Of a stretch of DNA of 64,000 nt, positions 9,250 through 18,608 are shown in pieces. Source of the stretch: Candidatus Thorarchaeota archaeon (GTDB taxonomy: Archaea; Asgardarchaeota; Thorarchaeia; Thorarchaeales; Thorarchaeaceae); assembly GCA_046758445.1 (NCBI GenBank), contig JBHIAE010000006.1, positions 38,397 to 102,396 on the forward strand. The letters are read 5' to 3'. The translations under genes and the position numbers were made by a program. The notes below the pieces were generated by a model. That model had not been told where the DNA came from and did no database searches. It saw only the letters and a program-made list of their open reading frames with translations. Each line of letters opens with the position of its first letter. The first letter of the stretch is position 1.

Positions 9250-10917
9250 TCACAATACACTCATAATGCGCTCGAGGACCCATTCATTTCCCAGAAGGTT
9301 CAGCAACCCACCTAATCTTGGACCTGATTCTCTGGATATCAGGACTCGATAGAAAACGATGAACGCTCTCTTATCTTTGAGGCCCACTGAGCGAGCAGTT
9401 TCAAAGACCTTGCTCTGCAATTCCTCATCATCAAGAGATTCGTCCTTCAAGACTTCAACGAACATTCGGAGGAATTCACGGTCATTATCTGTCAATGTAT
9501 CGATAATTCCACTTGGCACAGATTCGGGGATCTCAACCTTGTCTCGTTCAGTTCCATAGTCATGGGCCCAAGTCTTTGCTCTATAGAGTCTTATTGGAAT
9601 CAGTTCTTTTGCTTCAGGTGAAGCAGTATCAAGTCCAAACTGCTTCTTGAGAACCTGTTCGCATCGTTCTAGAATCGTCGTCTTGCCAAGAATGTCCTCC
9701 ATCTGTGAGGTTATGACCGCGAATTTGAACGGTAGTTTTGGAATGTGTTTCTCCGGGACATCACCGGCTAGACAAAGAGGGTACAACAGCTGAACGAATT
9801 CCATTCGCTCCTCAGGAGCATCCTCAAGCCCGTAAAAAGTTCTCTCGAATCTATCGAACTCATCCACCATGTCAGGCATTCTTTCAGGCTGTAAGTCAAT
9901 TGCACGTTCAAGAGGTGGTCTTAGTACTATGTACCGATATAGCTCAGGAGGCGCGATAGATAGCCAGACCTTTGGACTGAGAACTATGCCTTCAGAGGTT
10001 GACATATCACGACCTCCAACACGTACCCACTCAAAAGGAACCTTCACTGGACCATCCCAGCCAAAGACACGCCGAGATATCTCTAGACCAGTGTCAAATG
10101 AACCCCCTTTCACAGAATGGTCTTTTCCTGCAGGCTCGCATATCACGTTTAGTACGTACCATTTAGCCGGCCAATCAATTCTCCAAGAGAGTTTCACACG
10201 AAGTCGATCTAGAGGGGCTTCATCACTATGACCACATGATGGGCAAGAAAAGGAAACCTCGTCAGAAGTAGGATCGTAGCCTGTAATTCTATTTGGGACA
10301 ATTTCCCCCTTCGCACCTGCTTGAATACGTCCACAAGAGGGGCAGAATACAGAGCCTGGAAACCAATTCTTCATGGATTCGATATAAGCTGCTTTCTGCT
10401 CATCATTGAAGTCACGAGCCACATATTCAATCAGTATCTCACGAATAGTTTCCGTGTTCTTCAGACATATCCTAGTGGCTTCCAGCATCTCTGGAGTTTC
10501 GTATAGTCTGCTCTGCCATATCACCTCGGGATTGACACCAAACTTTGGAAATGATTCTATGAACTCGTTTGCCACATGTGCTCCAAAACTCTCACAGCAG
10601 CCAAACTCATCTGGAACCTTAGAATATGGTATTCCTAGCCACTCATCAAGAGGGAGTGACACACTTGAAGGAAATGAACGCACTGGGTCTAGATCGTCTA
10701 CCACGAAGAGCGTGCGTGCTTTTTTTCCAGCTTCTAGCAGTTTTCGCTTGATAACATCAGCTATGATGAGTTCACGATAGAAACTGATGGGAATGTTACC
10801 GCTTGTGCTCTTCCCGGTAGAAACTAAGTACTCATCAACATCGCGTTCTAGTACACTGTCAACTACGTCTCTTATCCAGTGGATACTATACTCCTCTTCT
10901 TGAGGTCCTTTGGCCAC
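9250..10917 (-). CDS. lysS: Class I lysine--tRNA ligase (degenerate HIGH motif)
   Basis: HW, DD.DP.R, KLSWRIDWPAKW, EPAGKDH..GGS, MSTSEG (KMSKS-like), GPRLG. Confidence 0.9.
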   Translation of the reverse strand: MAKGPQEEEYSIHWIRDVVDSVLERDVDEYLVSTGKSTSGNIPISFYRELIIADVIKRKLLEAGKKARTLFVVDDLDPVRSFPSSVSLPLDEWLGIPYSKVPDEFGCCESFGAHVANEFIESFPKFGVNPEVIWQSRLYETPEMLEATRICLKNTETIREILIEYVARDFNDEQKAAYIESMKNWFPGSVFCPSCGRIQAGAKGEIVPNRITGYDPTSDEVSFSCPSCGHSDEAPLDRLRVKLSWRIDWPAKWYVLNVICEPAGKDHSVKGGSFDTGLEISRRVFGWDGPVKVPFEWVRVGGRDMSTSEGIVLSPKVWLSIAPPELYRYIVLRPPLERAIDLQPERMPDMVDEFDRFERTFYGLEDAPEERMEFVQLLYPLCLAGDVPEKHIPKLPFKFAVITSQMEDILGKTTILERCEQVLKKQFGLDTASPEAKELIPIRLYRAKTWAHDYGTERDKVEIPESVPSGIIDTLTDNDREFLRMFVEVLKDESLDDEELQSKVFETARSVGLKDKRAFIVFYRVLISRESGPRLGGLLNLLGNEWVLERIMSVL

Positions 10918-10965
10918 CTGACAGTCACCAGTTTCACGCTCGGGCGGACTCTAAAGAACGTTGCT

Positions 10966-12816
10966 CTAGACTGAGAACTCGGACACTCTTAGTTCAGCTC
11001 TACTGCTGAAAATGAGGTAAGCTGGAACAGCGGCCAAGACCACAACCACAAGGAGCGCAGCAAGTGTGATCGTGATTGCCATTGGCAGATACAACAGAGA
11101 TGGAACTGCAGCCTCAGGAATGAGGAAGTAGATGCTGAAGAAGGTTGCAACCAAGACTCCCGGTATTCCAGACTTGAGACCCATGTCCACTCCTTCTGCA
11201 ACTATCGTTTTTGCGATGAAGCTCGGTGTGGCCCCCAGAGAGCGCATTATCACGTAATCTCTGAGTCTTCCAAAGACCGAAACCAAAAGATAGTTCACTA
11301 AGCTGAGGAAAGCACTTAGTAGCGCCATTAATGGAAGTGGCTGCAAAAGCGTCCAGAAAGCGCCTATGGTGCTTAGATTGTCTTCTAGCACTTCTTGCTG
11401 TAGGAAGATGTCCATCCCATAATCACTTGCGAGTGTTTCGATCTGCGCGATGACTGAAGAGTCGTATTCGTCAAGCTGAACAAGGACCAAGTTGGCCCCA
11501 GCGATTCCGTAGAGGCTCTGCATTCGGTCGATGCTCATGTAAGCCACCGTTCCACCATTTAAGATGTCGAACGCTACTGCTTGGACCTCAAGCGAGGCTC
11601 CCTGTACCTCGAGACTCTGGACGAGAGGGTCTACGTAAAGGTCATTCGCCATTTGCCCACCTATCCAGACTTGAAGCGATGAATTGATCTCTCCGCCTTC
11701 GTAGTACCAGTCTGATATCGTGCGGTCCCAATCGATTCCAACGACAAGTGCAAATCCGCTCCGATTCTCACCAATGAACTCATACTCTTCAAGAGTAGGA
11801 TTCCATATGATTCCAGGCATTTCGCGGATAGCTGCGTAGCAGAGAAACCGTTGGTCAAGACCTCGAACACCTGCAAGTTCAGTCAAGTTGCCAATGAGAT
11901 CTGCAGACACCATGAAAGATTCATCGGTGAAGTTGAACGACTCATCGAGCTTGGATCCTGTCAGAGAGTATGCACCATAGTACTGATTCAAGAGGTCGGT
12001 GTTTCCAACCGCCACGATGTTGGAGCCCATGGATCGGATTACATAGGCATTGGTAGTTGACTCAACAACGCCCCCCCCAATCCAAAGCAGTGAAGCCAAT
12101 GAAATACTGAGGAATAACGAAAGAAGAGTTCTTCGAGACCCTCTGAAGCGACGGCCAGTGGCCTTTGTCGCAATTCGGAAAGACAAACCGAACGTGTCCA
12201 AGTATCCAACCTTGCGGACCTTGGTGCCAACATCGGGGTTCAGAGCGGCAATCGGAGACTCGTGTACCGTGTCGTAGATTGGCTTCTGTGCTGCGAAATA
12301 CCCAACCAATACATAGATTGTTCCAAGGCCAGCAATTTGAAGCAGAGGGAAGTTTGCTGAGAAGGAGAGTGTGGGAACCACTGATGCCAGCCAGAAGAGA
12401 CCAATCAAGTAGAGAATTGCTCCTATGGCGATGCCAAGTATCACACTTGAACCAAGCATTATGACTGCTTGAGCCATGAAGTGATCGAATATCGTATCCA
12501 TCAAAGTGCCTATAGACTTCATCAACCCAATGTCCTTTCTGCGAGTTACCATCTCAAGGGACACTGTACTTGACACCACTACAACGCCCAGGATTAGAAC
12601 AAGAAGGAGCGTGGCCCAGATGAAAGTTTCAAAGAACACTCCAAGCGATGCAGTTGTATCACTTGCAGTGACAAAGGAGGTCACATCAAGCAGAACATTG
12701 CCGAACAGGAGTAGGAACGTAGTGGCAGCGACAACGCTAGTCATCGATATGAGAATCAGAGTGCTCCGGAAAGGTCTACGTTTCAAGTCCTTTGAGGCGT
12801 AGTCCTGCTCAGACAT
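10966..12816 (-). CDS. ABC transporter permease with two FtsX-like domains
   Basis: RR.DIGLMKSIG and R.RDY.IMRSLGAT repeats, multiple TM segments; overlaps the ATPase gene. Confidence 0.9.
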   Translation of the reverse strand: MSEQDYASKDLKRRPFRSTLILISMTSVVAATTFLLLFGNVLLDVTSFVTASDTTASLGVFFETFIWATLLLVLILGVVVVSSTVSLEMVTRRKDIGLMKSIGTLMDTIFDHFMAQAVIMLGSSVILGIAIGAILYLIGLFWLASVVPTLSFSANFPLLQIAGLGTIYVLVGYFAAQKPIYDTVHESPIAALNPDVGTKVRKVGYLDTFGLSFRIATKATGRRFRGSRRTLLSLFLSISLASLLWIGGGVVESTTNAYVIRSMGSNIVAVGNTDLLNQYYGAYSLTGSKLDESFNFTDESFMVSADLIGNLTELAGVRGLDQRFLCYAAIREMPGIIWNPTLEEYEFIGENRSGFALVVGIDWDRTISDWYYEGGEINSSLQVWIGGQMANDLYVDPLVQSLEVQGASLEVQAVAFDILNGGTVAYMSIDRMQSLYGIAGANLVLVQLDEYDSSVIAQIETLASDYGMDIFLQQEVLEDNLSTIGAFWTLLQPLPLMALLSAFLSLVNYLLVSVFGRLRDYVIMRSLGATPSFIAKTIVAEGVDMGLKSGIPGVLVATFFSIYFLIPEAAVPSLLYLPMAITITLAALLVVVVLAAVPAYLIFSSRAELRVSEFSV

Positions 12817-13561
12817 CTGTGGTTAACTCTCCGTCAGCCATTTTGAGATGACGTGCACGCGGGGTGTCAATGATATGTTCGTCGTGTGTCATCACAATGA
12901 CAGCCTTACCTTGACTATGAAGTTCTCGCAGGAGGCCACGGACCATCTTAGCGCTCACGGAGTCTAAGTTCGCCGTGGGCTCGTCTGCTAGAATGATTGG
13001 GGGGTCGTTTGCCATTGCTCTGGCAATTGCCACTCTCTGCTGTTCGCCTGAGCTCAGTTGCCACGGAAGATGGTCTGTGCGGTCATCAAGACCTATCTTC
13101 TTGAGTAGTTTCAATGCGTCAGCATTTATCTCAGCGAGAGGCTTCTCAGAAAGTTGCATTGGAAACATGACATTCTCCAGGGCAGTCAGTGTTGAAACAA
13201 GGTTATAGCTTTGAAAGATGAAACCAGTGTTCACAAGCCGAAAGGTCGCCCGGAACGACTCATCGTAGTCTCCAATTGGCACATCCATTACGAATACGCG
13301 GCCTTCGGACGCGTAGTCTATTGCTCCTATCAGGTTGAGTAGTGTCGTCTTTCCGGAACCAGACGGCCCTGATATTGCCACGAAATCATCCATCTTGACT
13401 TCGAGCGAAACATCATGGAGTGCCTCTATCTCTCGCACTCCAATGTTGTATCTCCTGGAAACGTTCACTAGACGCACTGCATTAGTCACAACTTCCGGTT
13501 CATCGCTGTCGATTTCATCATAGGTGTCATCAGCAGTCCAGACATCCTCATCAGCCATCAA
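12809..13561 (-). CDS. ABC transporter ATP-binding protein (LolD/MacB-like)
   Basis: [34 protein letters not shown]. Confidence 0.95.
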   Translation of the reverse strand: MMADEDVWTADDTYDEIDSDEPEVVTNAVRLVNVSRRYNIGVREIEALHDVSLEVKMDDFVAISGPSGSGKTTLLNLIGAIDYASEGRVFVMDVPIGDYDESFRATFRLVNTGFIFQSYNLVSTLTALENVMFPMQLSEKPLAEINADALKLLKKIGLDDRTDHLPWQLSSGEQQRVAIARAMANDPPIILADEPTANLDSVSAKMVRGLLRELHSQGKAVIVMTHDEHIIDTPRARHLKMADGELTTDV

Positions 13562-13664
13562 ACGGGCCTCCTGGAGTAGTCATTATGGGTGGTCAGGCAG
13601 TTTCGGCTGACAACCCTGACTCCAGCTTCACATCCATTGAAAGATAAAGGTAGAGGTACTTCAA

Positions 13665-14498
13665 CTATTGTACCAGCAGCCCGAAGCTGCCAAGAGATAC
13701 TCGTGCCCAGTCACTTAGGATTAACGGTCGTTCTCTTCCAAACACTCTGACTACTTCCAGAACGCCTGCCTTCACTAGCGCACTAACATAGTAGGAGACC
13801 AAGCTCTTGTCGAGTGATAGAGTTCTGCTCAGTTCAGCCTGAGTGATTCTACCATTGGCCATACACTCTCTAAGCACTGACTGGATTGTGGGATTCCTAG
13901 CTAGGGATGATAGTCGAAGGACTTGTTCATCTTCGCAATAGCCCTTTGGATACAGATGCCGTGTGTTGCCATTTCGCATAGAGAAGATTACTTCAGCATC
14001 CTCAAGATTGTTTAGATGGTATTGGAGAGCACCCATCGCGCAGCCGATGCTTCGGTGGAGTTCTCTCAGGTGTATCCCGGGATTTGCGGCGATCACATCC
14101 AGTACTCTATCTCTTAGCTTCTGAGGATGCTCATGCTCTTTGCGGTCTATCGAAACTGTACCAATCATGATGAAGAGTGAGCCTGCAACAATTGACTGTG
14201 TCAATCCCTCAGGAAGTATCACAGATGTTCCAGACTCGACAACCAGCGACTCTAGCTCGACCCCAAGGAATGTTGTGTTCTTGAACCAGCCTAGCCCCAA
14301 GTCGAGTTCTGACAACACGGGGGCTGAAAATGAAGAATGAGAGTTATCTTGAACAACCAGGGGTTCACCACCAGTACCGAATCCAAACAGGACTAGCCCT
14401 GCAAGACCCGATCCCAGAATGAGTAGGGAGAGTCCGATGATGGCTTTGCTGGTTCTTGCTGAGACCATATGGTCTGTCCACCGTTCTGACTTGCTCAT
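13665..14498 (-). CDS. Membrane-anchored double winged-HTH transcriptional regulator (COG3398-like)
   Basis: Two hydrophobic segments, then NPGIHLREL...LQYHL..L and ITQAELSR.L.LDKS.VSYYV. Confidence 0.8.
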   Translation of the reverse strand: MSKSERWTDHMVSARTSKAIIGLSLLILGSGLAGLVLFGFGTGGEPLVVQDNSHSSFSAPVLSELDLGLGWFKNTTFLGVELESLVVESGTSVILPEGLTQSIVAGSLFIMIGTVSIDRKEHEHPQKLRDRVLDVIAANPGIHLRELHRSIGCAMGALQYHLNNLEDAEVIFSMRNGNTRHLYPKGYCEDEQVLRLSSLARNPTIQSVLRECMANGRITQAELSRTLSLDKSLVSYYVSALVKAGVLEVVRVFGRERPLILSDWARVSLGSFGLLVQ

Positions 14499-14547
14499 CT
14501 AGCTAGTTAAGCGATATGTATGGTTAATGGACGTACTATTAATGCAT

Positions 14548-15096
14548 CTATTCGGGAGAAGGATGGGACAGCGTAATCTTGAATCTGCAGGCGTCCGCAC
14601 CAGCAGACATGCACGTGTCCTCAATGACATCCAACTTCTCATACTCGATTCTGTTGAAGTCAACCAAGTATTCTACTACCGCCTCTATGAAGCCCTTGAG
14701 AAAGAAACAGGAGGGCTCGTTGGACTCATAACCAGATGCATAAGAGTTGTTTTGGACCTGAATCACCCCTTCCTCATCGCGAGCGGCCTTGCTGACATTC
14801 TCTATCGCAATGTCACCAAATGGGACAATGAGAAAAGTAAGAACAGTATTGATGAACTCGACGATTCCTTTGAAATCTGCGGGAGGCTTCTGCTTGCCAA
14901 TCTTGAAGTACTCCCGTTGTGCCTCGAGGCCGGCCAGACGACCAGCGCTATAGAACAAGTCTCTAACACGGTCAGGAAACATAAAGGCGATTCGGTTTGC
15001 GATTTTGTTCCAAGTCTTCGAGAAAAAGGCCCGCATTAGGTCTCTTTCTTTCAGCCTTCCCGCCCACCAAGGGACCACTTCTTCTCGTTTCGCCAT
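14548..15096 (-). CDS. V4R (4-vinyl reductase) domain protein
   Basis: LFY.AG..AG; N...A....PSCFF.KG.I; E.TC...G...CRF.I; start moved to ATG 15096. Confidence 0.85.
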   Translation of the reverse strand: MAKREEVVPWWAGRLKERDLMRAFFSKTWNKIANRIAFMFPDRVRDLFYSAGRLAGLEAQREYFKIGKQKPPADFKGIVEFINTVLTFLIVPFGDIAIENVSKAARDEEGVIQVQNNSYASGYESNEPSCFFLKGFIEAVVEYLVDFNRIEYEKLDVIEDTCMSAGADACRFKITLSHPSPE

Positions 15097-15155
15097 CGCA
15101 GCGTCTCCATTCAACCGAGTGAAGCAACACGTGTTAAGTGCTTTGTGCTGACATT

Positions 15156-15626
15156 TCACGGAACACGTATGTTCCAAGTGCAAGTTTCGGCTCCCGTGGC
15201 TCGGCAGAGTTCTTGAAACACCTTAGCTTCAACTCCCTTGAACTCCAGAATCGACTCAAGAATACCACTGAGACCTTCACAATAGCTAAAACCTCTCATT
15301 CCTTCCAAGGTGATATCTTGGCACCAGATGCAGTCCTTGTCCGTCACCCTTACTGAACCTTTGGAGGTCCTGTCAATACTTGTAGGCCTCTTATTGTAGA
15401 GTGCTCGAAAGATGGAATCAACCAGCTTTGAGATATCCTCGTCGGATGTTGCCGTCTCTTTTGTCTTTTCAGCCAGTTCTGTTGACAGATAGATATGGTA
15501 TCCCATTTCTCGGCCAAGATCGCGCAGTTTTTGGTTGGCTTCTTCAATGTTGTTGGTTTCAGAGAGAACTCTGCCGACCATTTGCGAATAGAGACTCACA
15601 AACAAGGGATTTTCTAGTTTTGGCAT
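15156..15626 (-). CDS. TRAPP Bet3/TRAPPC3-like (V4R-fold) protein, copy A
   Basis: LF..LY..MV....E.N..L..LG..MG Bet3-like N-terminus; DCIWC, YC..LSGIL, CRATG..TCTW. Confidence 0.75.
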   Translation of the reverse strand: MPKLENPLFVSLYSQMVGRVLSETNNIEEANQKLRDLGREMGYHIYLSTELAEKTKETATSDEDISKLVDSIFRALYNKRPTSIDRTSKGSVRVTDKDCIWCQDITLEGMRGFSYCEGLSGILESILEFKGVEAKVFQELCRATGAETCTWNIRVP

Positions 15627-15654
15627 AGTATCAGAACCTCATGACTCCTATCAA

Positions 15655-16647
15655 TTAGACGGTCTTTCCTATCATCTTGATGCCGTGTTTCTTATTCCTC
15701 GCAATTGTTTCGACCACTTTGGGATGTGGAATACGTGTCAGTTCGGCAATCTCTTCGGTCGTCCGAGTACCATTGCACAACCTAAGAATCTCAATGTCGC
15801 CATTCTTCACCTTGGAGAGATCACCTTCGAATCGTGGGTACTTGACTAACTTGCCCATGATCGATTCTGCAACTGGAACTTCCTCCTCGGCTTCCGGCAC
15901 GTCAACGATCCACTTCGAGGCCGCCCATTTGAGAAGCTCTATGACCCTCTCATTTGACTGAAACATGGAGTCGGCGATTTGGGAAGCACTCATAATGCCG
16001 TCAACTAGCATAAGGACGTCGAACCCGAAGTGCCTGTGTGTTTCTCTCATTTCATTATGAAGGTTCGACTCCAACGAGAGAGCAGTCTGGTATGCCGTTC
16101 CCCTCTTGGGTATCGTTTCCGGCTTTACACTGAACGACTCAGGAGGTCGGTCCGGCACGGCTGAGAAAGGCGTTGTTTCAGGCGCCGTTCCGTCCAAACT
16201 TCCTACCAATGTGTCTGATTCTGCATCTGGAGATGCCTGTGAGGTCGATGCAGCTTGGAGTGCAATACTCTCAAGGACCTTCAGATTGGACTCCGCAGAG
16301 TCCTCGAAGTCCTCTGGAGGAGGAGGTAATGCGATACCTTCCAGCAGCCTCAACACGTTTTTCGTTTTGGCAATCGCCAGACCTAGCTGCAGGTCCTTGA
16401 CGTAGAGCACTGTGAGAATCCAGTTGTCGTCGACAGGAGAAAGAACCACGAGGCCCTCATCGGCGTCGGTTGTCATGAGACGCAGTTCGGACTTGTACAG
16501 GTTTATGCTGTCTTTCACGCGCGGGAATAGCTCATTGGGAATTGAGAAGCTGACGAACGGTCGCCCTCCTCTGGTCAACAATGAGTAACCTAGCACTTGA
16601 TCGTCAAACCTCAGCCTCGAGAGTGCGCGCTCCAAGTCGCCATTCAT
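15655..16647 (-). CDS. Roadblock/LC7-like domain + Pro/acidic linker + tandem winged-helix protein, copy A
   Basis: L..L.....V.GY.LL...G.P...VVL..VD..W.L.VL....LQLG.A roadblock pattern; LVDG.MS..QIA and LCNG.RT.EEIA wHTH motifs. Confidence 0.75.
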   Translation of the reverse strand: MNGDLERALSRLRFDDQVLGYSLLTRGGRPFVSFSIPNELFPRVKDSINLYKSELRLMTTDADEGLVVLSPVDDNWILTVLYVKDLQLGLAIAKTKNVLRLLEGIALPPPPEDFEDSAESNLKVLESIALQAASTSQASPDAESDTLVGSLDGTAPETTPFSAVPDRPPESFSVKPETIPKRGTAYQTALSLESNLHNEMRETHRHFGFDVLMLVDGIMSASQIADSMFQSNERVIELLKWAASKWIVDVPEAEEEVPVAESIMGKLVKYPRFEGDLSKVKNGDIEILRLCNGTRTTEEIAELTRIPHPKVVETIARNKKHGIKMIGKTV

Positions 16648-16872
16648 CTAACTGCACCTATTTGCCGCTCTGGACTGCCCTAGACTTGCATGTACGTGAG
16701 TCAGACCAAAAGTGGTCTGAAAAGGATTGTGGTAGCAGGAGACGGCTCCTTGTGATTGATTCGACAAACCTACGTAAGGAAAGGCTCTCCTCTGGTACGA
16801 ATAGATGTGGAAAGCGTTAAGAGGTCTGAAAGTACGCTGTGGCAGGACTTCAGTCGATGAGGAAACCGCAGC

Positions 16873-17436
16873 ATGAGGAATCTATTGGGTGGGCTTGTGG
16901 GAGCTCTCGTCGGAGCATGGCTACTGGTGACACTCTTAGCATTGGAACCCACATCCTATCCGGCCCCCTTTGACAGTGTTTGGATCCTTCTCGATGGGGC
17001 TGCCGAACTTCAGCAAGTCATCCGGCATATTCTGAATTCGGCTACCGTTGGTGCATATCTGGTATCCTGGTTGGTGGTTGGGATAGTCACTGGCCTCTTC
17101 TCCAAGTCGTCTTGGAATGCAGTAAGAACTTCAGTGTGGGCCGGCATTGTGATGTTCCTTCTGGCCCTGACCTCAAATCTAGTGCTAGACCCTCTCTTTT
17201 GGACGAGCCCCAATCGAAATTGGGACTTAGTCTTCCTTTTTGCCTCCTCGATAATCATCGCAGGCCTTTCACTGCCATCTTCGGTACCCACTGTCAGGAT
17301 AGTCAATATCCTTCAAAGGGGAAAGACTTTGCCCCCACCCGGGAAGATTCAGACAGTCTGCGAATGTGGTGCCGTCTTCAAATCTAGACCCTTGCTATGC
17401 TCAAATTGCGGACGACGACTTGCTGAGAGCAAATGA
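16873..17436 (+). CDS. Multi-pass membrane protein with C-terminal zinc ribbon
   Basis: About 4 hydrophobic segments; CECG...CSNCG. Confidence 0.8.
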   Translation: MRNLLGGLVGALVGAWLLVTLLALEPTSYPAPFDSVWILLDGAAELQQVIRHILNSATVGAYLVSWLVVGIVTGLFSKSSWNAVRTSVWAGIVMFLLALTSNLVLDPLFWTSPNRNWDLVFLFASSIIIAGLSLPSSVPTVRIVNILQRGKTLPPPGKIQTVCECGAVFKSRPLLCSNCGRRLAESK

Positions 17437-17453
17437 CTAGACGTCGCAATCAC

Positions 17454-17969
17454 TCAGCGTTCTCTAGTGATCCCGCCGCCGAGAATGCCTCCTATTACGG
17501 CCGCTATTGCTGGGTAAAGAGAGCCATAGAGTATTGCTTCCAGAAGAACCATCGACGGTCCCCCAAAGAGAGCAAGGAAGTCAGGAGTCTGAATTACGAA
17601 AACCAAGATCCAAGTAAGAAAGGCACCCATGACAACCGCGAAGAGTGAAGCAAGAATCCCTGAAAGAATGTCTCTTGCCAATAGACCAGCCACTAGACCA
17701 CCCGTGCCCCATGCAAGTGCCATCAAGACCGTGCCGCCCTGAGCCCCAGTACCGAGAATTGCCCCCAGGCCAGAGAATCCAACAGGTCCGGGATAGAGAA
17801 CCGTGCCGACAATGGCGAGTCGCATCTCTAGATCAGTGTGAAGGAAGAAGTCATTTACTATTGTTGCAGAGATGAGATCTTCGGGCATGATCCCTCCAAG
17901 TGTTAGGATTACAAAAGCAATCGCAAATGCCATAATCAGTCCTGCGAAAGTTCCAAGCGTCTGACCCAA
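17454..17969 (-). CDS. Multi-pass membrane protein
   Basis: Hydrophobic Gly-rich helices; W..GG..AGL motif shared with 16873..17436. Confidence 0.8.
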   Translation of the reverse strand: MGQTLGTFAGLIMAFAIAFVILTLGGIMPEDLISATIVNDFFLHTDLEMRLAIVGTVLYPGPVGFSGLGAILGTGAQGGTVLMALAWGTGGLVAGLLARDILSGILASLFAVVMGAFLTWILVFVIQTPDFLALFGGPSMVLLEAILYGSLYPAIAAVIGGILGGGITRER

Positions 17970-18099
17970 AGGCGGTCCTCCGACAAGTGATACTGTTGTC
18001 TTCTTGGATTGTGCTTATTTATACATATGCGCGACGGCCGTGGCAAATAGCAGTCCGAGCAACCACTAGACCGTCGTCACATCAGTTTTGCTTCTTCTC

Positions 18100-18603
18100 T
18101 TACCTGAGCCTCAGAGTCCAAGTACAGACATCGTCGCCCAGAGCACGACATGATTCTTGGTAGCTGTCCGCCTCGAAGCCACGGAGGTCCATTACGGCGT
18201 CAAATACACCGCTGACAATTGCGCAGTACTGCAATCCAGGCATGTCCGTGATCACAACACCGGCGCAGACAGGACAGTCAGCATCAGTGAACTTGATTGT
18301 GCGTTTATCATCACTTATCCAGATGTCTGAGAACTCCTGTCCCGAGTTCACTTTGTAGGCCAGCCCTAGTGTGCTTGAGAACTCTGCGAACGCCGCTGCA
18401 TGCTCTCTGATTCTATCAGCATAGTCCATCAATAGCGTTTCACCGACTCTGAAGCCTATCGCTTGCATCTTGCGATTGATTTCGTCAACACTGCCGCTCG
18501 TTGTCATGAGCAGATTCATTAGCTCTCGGTAGCTAGCCTGAAATAACACTCTCGACACCTTGTCGATTCTGAATGTCCAAGCCAGCTTTCCTTTTATTCC
18601 CAC
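18100..18603 (-). CDS. TRAPP Bet3/TRAPPC3-like (V4R-fold) protein, copy B
   Basis: KVSRVLFQASY..L..L.....DEINRKM..IGFRVG..L..DY resembles the Bet3 N-terminus; DCPVC, YC..VSG, CRALG..VCTW. Confidence 0.8.
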   Translation of the reverse strand: MGIKGKLAWTFRIDKVSRVLFQASYRELMNLLMTTSGSVDEINRKMQAIGFRVGETLLMDYADRIREHAAAFAEFSSTLGLAYKVNSGQEFSDIWISDDKRTIKFTDADCPVCAGVVITDMPGLQYCAIVSGVFDAVMDLRGFEADSYQESCRALGDDVCTWTLRLR

Positions 18604-18608
18604 TTACA

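Noticed and set aside
14527-15039. 170-aa + strand ORF, and the many other antisense or nested ORFs in the track
   Set aside because: They are shadows of motif-supported genes on the opposite strand or in another frame, with no recognisable features.
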